From Anolis carolinensis (taxonomy: Eukaryota), in the NCBI RefSeq assembly GCF_035594765.1, contig NC_085843.1, positions 95,209,971 through 95,273,970 of the forward strand: a DNA stretch of 64,000 nt, read 5' to 3'. Under the pieces are notes generated by a model. It was not told where the DNA came from. It made no database searches and worked only from the letters and a program-made list of their open reading frames with translations. Position 1 is the stretch's first letter; every line of letters starts with the position of its first letter. Made by a program: the position numbers and the translations under genes. Shown here piece after piece: positions 11,280 to 23,372 of this stretch.

Positions 11280-11845
11280 ACATGTTCTTCCACAGTGAGG
11301 AATCAGTTTTCAGCCGACCAGGGTTGGCTTGACATGCCTTCCTCTTGGCACGCTTCTCCCTTTTGCCGTCCATTTGTGCCTCTTCAAATTGCACAGCACT
11401 GCTGGTCACAGCTGACCTCCAGCTAGAGTGCTCAAGGGCCAGGACTGCCCAGTTCTTGTTGTCTATGCCACAGTTTATAAGGTTAGCTTTAAGACCATAT
11501 TTAAATCTCTTCCTGTCCACCAACATTCTGTTTTCCATTCTTGAGTTGGTAGTATACTAACTGCTTTGGGAGACGGTGATCGGGCATTCGGACAACGTGG
11601 CCTTTCAGTCCAGTGGAGTTGATGGCATAGGAGCATCGCTTCAATGTTGGTGGTCTTTGCTTCTTCCAGCATGCTGACATTTGTCCGCAATGCTGATGGA
11701 ATCATCCCAGGAGTTGAGTGATGTTTGTAGACAGTCCACATTTTGCAGACATATAACAGGATTGGGAGGACAATAACTTTATAAACAAACACCTTGGTAT
11801 CCCTACAAATGTCCCAATCCTCAAACACTCTCTGCTTCATTCGGA
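11280..11845 (-). mobile_element. RTE-clade LINE 3' fragment (not BovB)
   Basis: Decayed RT C-terminal peptides TKVFVYKVIVLPILLY, LEEAKTTNIEAMLL, WRSAV. Confidence 0.8.
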
Positions 11846-12573
11846 AACTGCAACTCCCATCATTCCATAGCACTGAGCATGTAAAACTGCAACCCCCATC
11901 ATTCCATAGCATTGAGCTATAGTAGCTCAAGTGGTGTCACACTGTATCCATTCTACAGTTTTAATCCCTAAAATGAACATTCATGCTGAGTCAGTTTACT
12001 CTTCTCACATTCATCCCCTATATTTTGGAGAAATAGGGACAGTTTGATTGAGGAGTCTGAGAGGACAACACTGTTACAGAATTGAAGGGTAGTGATGTAT
12101 TTTATGTGTTGCGGGGGGGTGGTTCTGCTACTCCTACTTAATATTTTGTAAAATCTCTGGCTGGCAGGTATCTTTCCCTCTCTGCTGTTCTGATGTCTTT
12201 AAGGGTATTGTGATGATCCTGTCTTCTTCTTTCTAATTCCTCACTTGATAAAGAGGCTGGGGAAAAGATGGGCACTATGGTGATGTGAGCACTATAGTGA
12301 TGTCTCTAGAAATATAGCATATCTAATTGCCCAGTTGATTTTTGTACTTCAGAAATCTTCCACCCTTACAATTGTCCATGGTGGCTGGGACCTCTGGTGG
12401 TTAAAGTTGAAAACATCTGGAAGATCAAGGATTGAGAACCACCATACGGTACTTACAAGGCACATAGTTTGGACAAGATTGTTGCAAACCTCTCTCTCGG
12501 TCATATACAAATTAAGAATTGTTTACTTTGAAAGATCCTTTGCTTTAGTTCTTGTGATACATAATACCACATT

Positions 12574-12745
12574 GGAGAGTCAGCATGGTGTAGTGGTTTG
12601 AGTGTTGGACTATGCTACTGGGAGACTGGAGTTTGAATCCCTGTTTAGCCATGGAAACCCACTGGGTGAATATGGATGAGTTTTCTCTCAGTCTGGCCAA
12701 GGAAGGCCTATAACAGATCATAAGTCAGAAATGACTTGAAGGCAT
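12574..12745 (+). mobile_element. Old tRNA-derived (MIR/CORE-like) SINE; similar copy at ~30380-30570
   Basis: A box tggtgtagtgg, B box gagtttgaatccc. Confidence 0.6.
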
Positions 12746-13478
12746 ATATGTCAATAAAATACAGTACGCCCTCTATGTCCATGGTTCTGCATCATAAATT
12801 CAACCAGCTATGGTTTGAAAATATTCAGAAAAACATCCCCAACAGCAAACCTATTGTCCTGATCAGTGTTGTAGTAGAAGTTGATGAAACAGTGATAGCA
12901 TCTTGTATGGTGCATTGTTCTTGAGTCCCTTTTGGTTATAAAATGTTATTAGTGTCAATAGAACTTTTCTTTTATTGTCTCATTCTCAAAGGCCATTTAA
13001 AATTTAGCCTTCAAATGTCTTCAAATGACCAGTAGACTGAGAAGTAATTTTAGAAAATTAAAATGGAATAAATTCAAATTGACCATATAGCTTTTTAAAA
13101 AAAGAAGAATGGCACACTCTACCTTGGACTCAGGTTTCATGTTTTTTACTCTGAATTGAAAAATCCAGATATTATTACAGTCTAATTTTAGCACATTAGA
13201 TGGATAAATGGTACAAGCTTTTTGTCTGTGATTTGATTATGCAGCACCTAGAGATTCCAAGATATTGTTCACTGAGAAGAGTAGAAACCATGGCTTCTTC
13301 TTTTAGGAGAAAAGCTAGCCACAATCTTTCGTCTTGGATGTCATGTTGAACAAACAGGAACAAAGTAGGAACAGTCAAGAACTGAGCATGAGCTCACTCT
13401 TCATCACCCATAAGGAAAGATTTTCTGGAGGAATGATTTTCTGGAGGAATGACATAGTGATAACAGCACTATGTCATA

Positions 13479-13898
13479 CCGCGTTTCCCCGAAAATAAGA
13501 CAGTGTCTTATATTAATTTTTGCTCCCAAAGATGCACTAGGTCTTATTTTCAGGGGATGTCTTATTTTTCCATGAAGAAGAATTCACATTTATTGTTGAG
13601 CAAAAAATTTGAACATTTATTATCTACTGTACAGTAGTTGTCATCACAAACCAGCATAACCAGACAAACTGTGAATCCTATCAAGAATTTCTTGTTACTA
13701 CTAATATTTCCATGTACAACACTCTATGGTACGTACATTTACTGATCCTGCATGCTCTGGTGTTCTGTTCGTTGGGCATGCTTCCAAACAAAAACTTTGC
13801 TAGGTCTTACTTTCGGGGGAGGCCTTATATTTAGCAATTCAGCAAAACCTCTAGTAGGTCTTATTTTCTGGGGATGTCTTATTTTAGGGGAAACAGGG
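13479..13898. mobile_element. Tc1/mariner non-autonomous element, copy C
   Basis: TIRs ccgcgtttccccgaaaataagac / gtcttattttaggggaaacaggg with TA flanks. Confidence 0.9.
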
Positions 13899-15101
13899 TA
13901 GTAATGACTTTTACTATACTGCTGTGTGTAATAACATTAAGGAAACATTTGTAAGATTCCTCTCCAACTGTAATTAGTTTTTTTTTCTGAGTTTGAATTT
14001 AAAGGTCCCCCTTTCTATTGATAAAGGGTTACTCTGTTGTTAGTATTTTAAGTGCTGTCAACCCTATGGCACTTCAAGAATTTGAGAACTTTTATTTTAA
14101 AACATTGTTGATTTAACTTCCCTAAACTGAACATCTGCAAACATTGTCAATGTTTAAAAAATGTAAAATGGTTCACAGACCTAATAGTAATATGTTTACA
14201 GAAACATAAGCAATTAGTGTATTTACTCGAGTCTAGTGCACCATTGAATTTAATGCGCACCTCAGTTTTCAAGACCCTGAAACCAAAAAAGTATTTGCTG
14301 GCAAATGTAATTACTCTGTCATAAATTTCTTACCATCCTGTAGGTATGATTTTTTTTGGTCAAAGGTTTTATATTAGCCATGTTTCCAAAATCAGTCTTA
14401 AATCCTGGTTTTTAAATCTGCTTAATAAACAACACTAATTAATATTAGCAACACTACAGATGATTGTCAACATGAACTTTAGATATAGTTCTCTTTTGTA
14501 TTTTTCTCCAGTAAACATTGTCTTCAGGTACACACATCAGATATAAGATATTGGATTTTCAGAGGAAGTGTAGGTGGCTATTTAAAAGCAGTGTAGGTGG
14601 TTATTTAGGTCTTCCTAGCCCAATTTGACATTCCTAATTCACATTCAGCAGTGGTTATATGTCCCAGTGCCTTACATGGCTTTTTTACAGGCCATGTGAA
14701 ACTACAGCCCTTCTGAAAGACTGATAACTGCAGAAATTACATCTGCACACCCATACTTTCTCTTATTACTGTAAACTTTGCCTCATTTTATTAGGGGCTT
14801 CTGTCCAGGGCGTTCAGCAGTAGATCATTCAATGCGCTTACAGTCATTGTCACTTTAATAAGCAAAATATTTTGTAATAACAATTTAGTAGCCTAATTCT
14901 GTATTCCTTTTAGCTGATAAGTGGTTGTTGGTCTTAACCTGTAATCTTGAATTGGATTTTCATTATTTGCAAACATTTGTTTCTTTGACAGAACATAGTA
15001 TTATTCACTATTTTATCCTGCCTTATTTGATCTCTGACGACACATATTTTCAAAGTCAGTATGACACAACTGACCTTTTTTTTTGCTTTGGCTGTTTTCA
15101 G

Positions 15102-15144
15102 GAACAGCTGTGGCAAAGATACAAGTCTAGAGATGTTGCTATAG
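15102..15144 (+). other. Candidate 43-nt KLHL15 5'UTR exon
   Basis: Branch-point-like ctgac at 15070, long polypyrimidine tract, cag acceptor, TAG/gtaaac donor; no transcript evidence. Confidence 0.55.
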
Positions 15145-16268
15145 GTAAACAGTTTTTAAAAATCCTTTATCATTCCTCTGTGATTGATTTTGCTATGCTT
15201 TAAAAGGAATTGTTATGGTTTTAAATCAATTAGAACATATTTCTTTGATAAATGTTGTCTTCTTGAAAATAGGTCAAACAGATGTCATAATAATAGCAGT
15301 TCAAAAATAGAACAAATGTAATTGCCAAAAACATAAATGCACCCACTATTTAATTTAATTTAATACAGGTTAAAGCATGACTTCACTTTTGTCCTATCTG
15401 TGATTCATTTTATTAAATGTATACATGAAATCATCTAGTTTCTGAGAGGAATCCTTTTGAGACTTGGTGACAACATCAAAGATACTTTCAAATCAGTCTG
15501 TGCTAATATATTGTTTCTCTAGACTTTTTAATACATTCATTAAAATCCCTTCAAATGCTGTCATAAGACACTTAATTTAGAAATGCTTTCTGAGGAATGA
15601 GACATAATAAGTTTTATGGATATGTCCATAAAGTGTGTGTGGTTTTTTAAACCCATTTATCTGCTCAGTTGAGCCTGTATTAGTCATTCATGGCACAGAG
15701 ACAACATAAAAAACAGCAAAACAGCAAGTGATCCGTATTTGTCATAGGTGAACAGGAGATGGCTGACTTCATGTTTTTCTTGTAGTGTTCTGTTCCTGTG
15801 TAACAGTATGCTTTGCTACAGAAAGAATTGATGTGCTGACTCTTATATACTTGATGCTTGGCAGAAGATCCATATCAACTGCTTTATATTGGTTTGTTGC
15901 TTCTTGTGTATTTTTATAGGATTATCATATCTTGGTAGCATTTGTCTAGACATTCCCAAATCTGATAGCATCATACATTGTGAAACTGGAATTATACAAT
16001 GTACATTTAAAATGGTTATGCATCAAGATTTGTCTATTCTGTGTTCAGGCATTTTTTTTCTAACTCCTGAAAATGTCAGAGGTCTTGACAGTGATATTCT
16101 AGTCAACATCTAGTCTCACCTTTTGCTACTCTACCCAGAGAAGGGTTCCTTTTTTAAATACAAGTTTTGGTACAGTACTTGCATTGACCTATGGATAAGT
16201 CAACCTAGTTTTTTGTGTAAAGTAAATTGTTTACAACACCTTCCCTCCCCCCTCCAGTCTCCCTAGCT

Positions 16269-16376
16269 CAGTGGTTCTCAACTTATGGGTCCCCAGATGT
16301 TTTGGTCTTCATCTGGCTGGGATTTCTGGGAGTTGTAGGCCAAAACACCTGGGGACCCATAGATTGAGAACTACTG
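16269..16376. mobile_element. hAT MITE; related copies 18308-18429, 33771-33892, partial 59759-59820
   Basis: cagtggttctcaac...gagaactactg palindrome; degenerate 8-bp TSDs (ccctagct/ccgtagtt; ctttaaag/ctttaagg at the 33.8-kb copy). Confidence 0.8.
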
Positions 16377-16568
16377 CCGTAGTTTAAGCCTGATTTTAGT
16401 TAATATGTGTAATGCAAGAGATTGGGAATAAAGGGTTTTAAATGTTGTTTTAAATGCTGTAAGTTATTTTCACAAATAAGTTTCTTTCCACAGCAAGAAT
16501 CCTCATAAGGTTATTGTTACAGTTACTTTGAATTGTAACATTTTTTATTTACATTTTTCAGGTGATTC

Positions 16569-17273
16569 ATGGCAGGGGACGTGGAAGGATTTAGTTCCTC
16601 CATCCATGACACCAGTGTCTCTGCTGGGTTCAGAACACTGTATGAGGAAGGATTGCTTCTTGACGTCACTCTTGTTATTGAGGATCACCAGTTTCAGGCT
16701 CATAAAGCATTGCTTGCCACCCAAAGCGATTACTTCCGGATTATGTTCACTGCTGATATGAGGGAACGAGATCAGGACAAAATCCACTTGAAAGGTCTGA
16801 CTGCTACTGGCTTCAGTCATGTTCTACAGTTTATGTACTATGGAACCATTGAACTGAGTATGACCACCGTTCATGAGATCCTGCAAGCTGCCATGTATGT
16901 CCAGCTTATTGAAGTGGTGAAGTTCTGCTGTTCTTTTCTCTTAGCAAAGATCTGCTTGGAAAACTGTGCAGAAATTATGAGACTTTTAGATGACTTTGGT
17001 GTAAACATCGAGGGAGTCAGAGAAAAACTGGATTCCTTTTTGTTAGAAAATTTTGTGCCTCTCATGGCTAGACCAGACTTCTTGTCCTATCTGAGCTTTG
17101 AAAAGCTTATGAATTATTTGGATAATGATCGTCTGAGCAGGTTCCCAGAGATAGAGCTCTACGAGGCTGTTCAGGCTTGGCTACGACATGATAGAAGACG
17201 CTGGAGGCATACCGACACCATTATTCAGAACATCAGGTTTTGTTTGATGACACCATCCAGTGTTTTTGAAAAG
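16569..17273 (+). CDS. KLHL15: Kelch-like protein 15, coding exon 1 (BTB + BACK, 235 aa); exon starts at 16562
   Basis: MAGDVEGFSSSIHD...LLDVTLVIEDHQFQAHKALLATQSDYFRIMF; AAG/gttggt donor; phase 0. Confidence 0.97.
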
Positions 17274-20200
17274 GTTGGTGTGTTTGAAAGCAATAGATAG
17301 AATTCATCATTGCATTTAGGGCAGCATGCTGTTTGTATGTAAAGTTCCCAGTAGTAGTAATAGTAGAAGGGGAAAACAAAATACTGGTCTAGAAAATCGA
17401 ACATTGAAATCATCAGTGTTTGAAATAATTGCCACCTGGCACTTAAATATAACTTATATATAAACAATACAATAAAACCCCATTTACAATCTAGCAGGAT
17501 TTACAGCCAGGAAACAGGTAGGTTTGCGGCTTTTTCTGATTGTCAGTAATAGGTGAAACCTCAAATAATTGCAGTCCGAGCTATGTTTATTTTAACAATG
17601 AAATTAAACTTGGACACACTGCCTGCCATTGTGGTATTACTGCAGGGGTGTGCAGATGTTGTATTTAAATGAAAACCACACACCTTAGATGCTTCTAGAT
17701 TCTGTATAATTGAACTCATTTTACTGGAAAATAACTGAAATATTAATGGGTCCTTGCCCTTGTTCACTTGAATCCAACAAAATTAGTGCAAGATCTATGC
17801 TATCAGTTCCGAAAACCAAAATAAGTAGAAGTCTCATTTTTTAGGTTCAAAGAGATAATATACTGAACTCCGATAAGTCTTATTGTCCCCCACACCCCAT
17901 TATCACACTTGCTTAGAGTGAATGATCTTGTCTCAAGAATTAGGAACAATGCTTTTCTTTTTGCTCATATTGTTCCATGCAGGAGGGTGAAACACACATG
18001 TTTTCAAACCCCTATATGTTTAGAGTGTGGGATTGAGGATTCTTTGTCATTTGCCGACTAATCCATATCTTTTTGGAGGACCCTCTCATTGGCTTCCAGT
18101 TGCTCAGGCTTCCAGTTTGTGATCAGGTCCATCCACACAAGCAAATTTAACATCAACATTCTATTTAAATACTCTTAAGGTATTGCATTCTCAGGATTTT
18201 TACATGGGAGAATGAGCAGGTTTTAGACTTTTGTTAAAATGGACAAAATAGTAAATATACATTTATAAACACCCTGGGGACGAACATTGACTTTTCATTC
18301 TCTAGGCCAGTAGTTCCCAACCTTGGGTCCTCTGTGTGTTTTGGACTTCAGCTCCCACAGTTCTTAAGAGCTGGGATTTCTGGGAGTTGAAGTCAAAACG
18401 ACTGGACAACCAAAGGTTTGAAACCAGTGGTCTAGGTGCTTAGCTATAGTTTCCTTTGTATTATTTGTAAGGCATCACACTTCATATTTTTGTCGTAGCA
18501 AACATTCACTAAGAGGCAGCTGAGTAGTTGGAAATTTTATATGTCTACTTTGTGTAGACATAGCTGGGTAAATACTGTGTAGAAGCACAGGTATTGCTAT
18601 TTATTATAGCATCCATGGAAACAATATTCTTCCATAGGCATTTATATTTACGGGTAAGAAATAGAGCCTATGTCAGAAGGAAAATGTTATCTCCCTCTCA
18701 TTTTCCAGCATTTTATGAGTAGTTGTCAGCAAAGAAGGGTATTCATAGCATTGGAACTGAAGACAGCTATGACATTCCTCATTGGATACTGGTCTACTGC
18801 CTGCTTTTTACTTGATTGTAGTGTGCCATCAAATGTAATGCGCACCTCAACTTTAAATAATTGTTTTATTATACACTCATCTTTGAGATGTGCATTACAA
18901 TTTTTTTTTGCTGCCATATGTAATTCAGATGATGGGGCTTTGCTTCCCCTTGCTTTTTGGCCTGTCCTCTGCCTGCCTAACTGAGGCAAGCACTGGAAAG
19001 ACTGACAAACAAGGGGAATCCAAGTCCCTTTGCCAGTCATGCGATTTCCAACTGCTGTCCTTGCTTGTCAGCTATTTTGCTGTCTGCCCCTTCAGCATGC
19101 CCCCCCCCCCCAAGGCAGGTAGCCCTGACCAAGGGATCAGGCAGGCAGTTGAAGGGCTGAGAAGACAAGAAACCAAGCCCCTTTGCCAGGCTTCACAATT
19201 CCCAACCGTTGGGAACGGAATGAGGTGGTCATAGAGGCTTTGCGAGGCCTTCAAAATCAAGGGGGAGGTTTTGAAGGCCTCATGAATGATGCCATTTAAT
19301 GCCATGCACACCTTATTTTGGCTGTGTAATGTAGGCAAAAAGGTGCACATTAGACTTGCATAAATACGGCCCTTTTTTCCAATTGCCAGCCTCTCTTTGT
19401 CCAGAAACAGATCTAACTAGTCCCCTCTAATGCCAAAAATTATGTCCCCCTTCATTATGATGTAATATTTATACAAGGCCACCACAGAACCAATTAGTTG
19501 GGAGTCTCACTATCTACTGTTTTACCGACTATCTGCCAACAGATTGCACAAGCCATCAAATGTAAATAGCCCTTTCTTAAGAAAGCAGTACCCTGTTTAG
19601 ATTGTTTTATTATGCACTAATCATACATGTAATAATTTTGATCGAACTTTTTCTTCTGTAATTCTTTCTTTGAAGTTAAATTGTTTCATGCTCAGAACTA
19701 CCTGGCAAGCTGGTATTTTTTACACACACATTTTGCTTTTTGTACTAAACCAGGGATTGACAAAGTGTTGCCTGCAGGCCCCTCAGAAGAGCAAATGCTG
19801 TTTTGCAAAATTTCCAAACAAATATTTTGGGCTTCAGAATACCATTTTATAGGTGATGTAGAGAATGTTTCCACTACAATTAGAGGCCCTCAAGGGGTAT
19901 TTCTACCACACTGGGAAAGGGCTGAAAGTACCTTTTTGAAAGAGGAGGTGACTTCTGCTAATTTCATATTGTTGACACCCTTGGGCTTAAACGGCTCAGG
20001 AAGCCCTCAAAATGACATGAAAATCACCCTTATTCTCCTTGAGGATGTTAGGGGACATTTGGAGGAATAAATATGTTTGTCTTTTTTTGTGGGAGCAGAT
20101 GCAGTGGAGTAGTGCCAACACCCAAGGTCTCCTGAGAGACTAATGCATCTTCCTACTGTTCTACAATTATCTGCCCATGTTCTCAGCAGCCACTCTTAAA

Positions 20201-23200
20201 TCTGCAATATTCAGGCTTCTTAGGCTTGAATTTCACAAAATACAAATTAAATTAGCACTCCGTTTGTAACAAGAAAGTGGAGAGAGCTACTGAGGACTGA
20301 TGATGAGGAGGCTTAGTCTACTTTTGTGTTTATATTATTTCACAGGAATAAACACTGTAAAAGGAGGTTGAGTTCTCAGTTTACCTAGGGAGTAACAGTT
20401 TAATTTTGCTCTTGCAGTATTGACCTTCAGTGGTAGTAGCTGCCAATTGAGGATGAATTGAGAATGATAATCTTTCAGGGACAGGGTTCCTCAAGGGTAA
20501 ACCTGAGTATTTGTGTCATGCCCCACAGTTAATGGTGGTTGGTATAGTGGCCTACCTAGCAGTTGGTTGTGATTAGTATATACAGAATGCTTGGTGGCTT
20601 GGTGATGGGTAATATAGGATCATAACTAGCAGGGTAGTGATGTTGCAAAAGGTATGGAAGGGGTTAATCTCCCTCCCGGTTCTAAAGGTCAGAGTAATAT
20701 GCCTGTAAGAATTTACAAGTGGCAGCGATTAAGGGAGGAGGCTTGCAGAGATGATTAGCTGCATAAAAAGAACCTGGCTAGAGACTACTCTTTGAGAGAA
20801 AAGTATTCATCATGCTTGGCTGTGGATGCTGGTGGTTTTTCCCCAGGTTTGTGGGGATTGTGGTATCTTGACCTATATTGTAAACTCTTTGTGAACCATG
20901 TACCTTGTTGAACCATGAACCCTTGTGAGGATCTTGTTGTGAGAGTTGTTGCTACTGTACCTTGTTGTGGAACTTGATATACCTTGAATCTCTGGACTGA
21001 CTCTTGACTACAGATTTTGGATTATCCTTGAACTCTGGATTATCTGACTTGACCTTTGGAACTACGACTATGCTTTGTACTCGTGCACCAGGGAACATTA
21101 ATTAGTGAACCTTCAGCATATAACTCTTGGACTGCAACCTTAACTACAGTGTACTCTTGCTCTTAAAACCCGCGTTTGTAATACTTCTTGTTCTGGAGAC
21201 TTTGTATTTCAGCTGTGTGCTATCTTTATATGAATTTTTATTTTGAAAGCCATGTGATTTTAGTTTACTGCTTTAAGTAAAATAGTTGGTACAAACTGAG
21301 TGTTGCCTTAGTTAATCTCTGCCTGCATAGCGACAGCGCTGGAGCCTGACATCATACTTTTCTCTCCCATGGAACCAAACAAATCCAGCTATGCTTATGT
21401 CTGTTTTGACTGGCATAGAAGATAAATTGTGAGGGAGGAGTATTCCTGAAGATGTAATGGAGAAGAGGCTGCAAAGAATACTCGAAGATTTGTGGGAAGT
21501 AACAACTGGGGTGAAGGATTGCAAACTCCAGCTTCAAAGCCAAAATGGTGATAAGGGTCAGCAGTGGAGGAGCATGGAGCTGCACCTGTGTTTCAGTGGG
21601 TGTAAAGGGAAGCTCCCCTATTGCCTGAGCCACAAAAAAGTACTCCTGTGTCGTTTTCCAGATGATTGACACCTTCTCTTGTACCAGGGAACCCAGCTTC
21701 ACGTCTGCCTCTTGCAACCAAGAAACCCCACTTATCTGCAGCTAACTCCAGACATCAGGGAGGAGCCCTAGTCTTGTGGGTTCAGCTATGTAAGTTGGGG
21801 CTACTTAAATTCCAATAATGTGTAAAGTTTAACTTTAGCTGTCCTTCAGTGCCTTTGAATCCTGCTATGAGTAGTTTCCTTGAGCAGCAAAATCCTGCTG
21901 CTGTTCTTGCAGAAAAAAACAAAAACATTTGGACAGTCTGTGCCTCACAGCCTTGAATTTCATGTGTATTGCTGAACCCAGTGCTTCGGTTTGTTATGCT
22001 GAGTCTGAGAAGCCTTCCCAAGGAATGGAGACTGAAAATTCTAGTTACCCTCACTCTGTACCTGGAAAGTATAGTTCTCCAGCAGTTCCTGCAGGCTGGA
22101 ACTCAGTTTGCACTCCAGTTTCCTTGCTGCTGAGGGTTGAATCCAAGAAATCTTGTGTTCAGATTCTGTGACACCTGGTTCACCTCTTATTGTGGCTGAG
22201 TGTCCAAAGTCTTGTGCTTTTATGTCTCCAAATCCTGCATTGTGCCAACCTGTTCCAGTGGTGGTTTGTGCACCATGGGAAGTTCTTGCTAACTTGCCGA
22301 AGCCTCCTGTTTCTGCTGAGGTTCAGCAGGTCAAACCTGCTAATTCAACGGGAGTTTTGAATCAGATGTGTTGCCTGTGCAGTATCAGCCGGCTCCTTTT
22401 GTGGCTAATAATGTTAGGAAAGACATTGCTGAGCCTAGTCCCTGTATAGAGACTCACTGTTTTGTTTTTGTTGGTTATGGTGAACCCCCTCATCTTACAT
22501 TTGTTACCTTTGGACCAAGAGCAGGCTGTACTGTTGGAATTGGGCAAATCTGTTGCTGTGGAGTGGCAACAACTCTGGGCATCCTGAAGGGCCCATGAGT
22601 TCTCCTGATGTCTCAAAACATGCTTTAAAGTCAGAGTTGCCCATTTCTTTGTCTAGTTCTCTGGAGATCATGTCTAGGAAGACTGTTTCTGATAAATCAG
22701 TATTTCAGCATTCCCATCCTGCATCAGAGAAAATGCCTGCTACACAGGTTGGAAAAGAGATTTAAGAGATTTCTCTGCCTGTGAAAGTGCTGCCTGCATA
22801 TGAGGATATTCAGTCGGTGGCAGTAGCTGACATAGATTTAAAAAGTGAGGGCTTTGTTAAAGAAAGCAAAATACAAATGAACCTGGACATCTGTAAAGCA
22901 AACTATGTTGAGAACCAAGAATCTGTAGGCAAGATTCCAGATTCCCGAGAACCAAAACCAGCCTCAGTTTTGTGTATCTCTTCGCCAGAGGATTTTCAAG
23001 GGGCAAAGAGAGTAAAAGCCTCTATGTCTAAACCTCTAAGGGTTTCACTGGGGGGTTTGACCACTGTTCTAAGCCTACAGTACAAGGTAATTTGTCAGGC
23101 TTATTACCTTATTTATTTATTTATTTATTTACATCACTTTTACCCCGCCTTTCTCTCCAAGGAGACTCAAAGCGGCTTACAGTAAATAGGCAAAAATTCA

Positions 23201-23372
23201 ATGCCTAAAAACAACAATTCATATAAAACAATCCACAAAACAACAGTTCATATAAAACAGATACCATTACAAAATAAAGTCACATTATATAAAATTTTAA
23301 GATTGTCCAAGATTAAAATCCATTCATCCAGAATCCTCAAGTCTTCGTACAGGTCATGTAAAGTCCATGTTC

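Noticed and set aside
13419-13477. 16-bp tandem duplication and 11-bp hairpin next to a transposon end
   Set aside because: Too short to separate from chance or local repair scars
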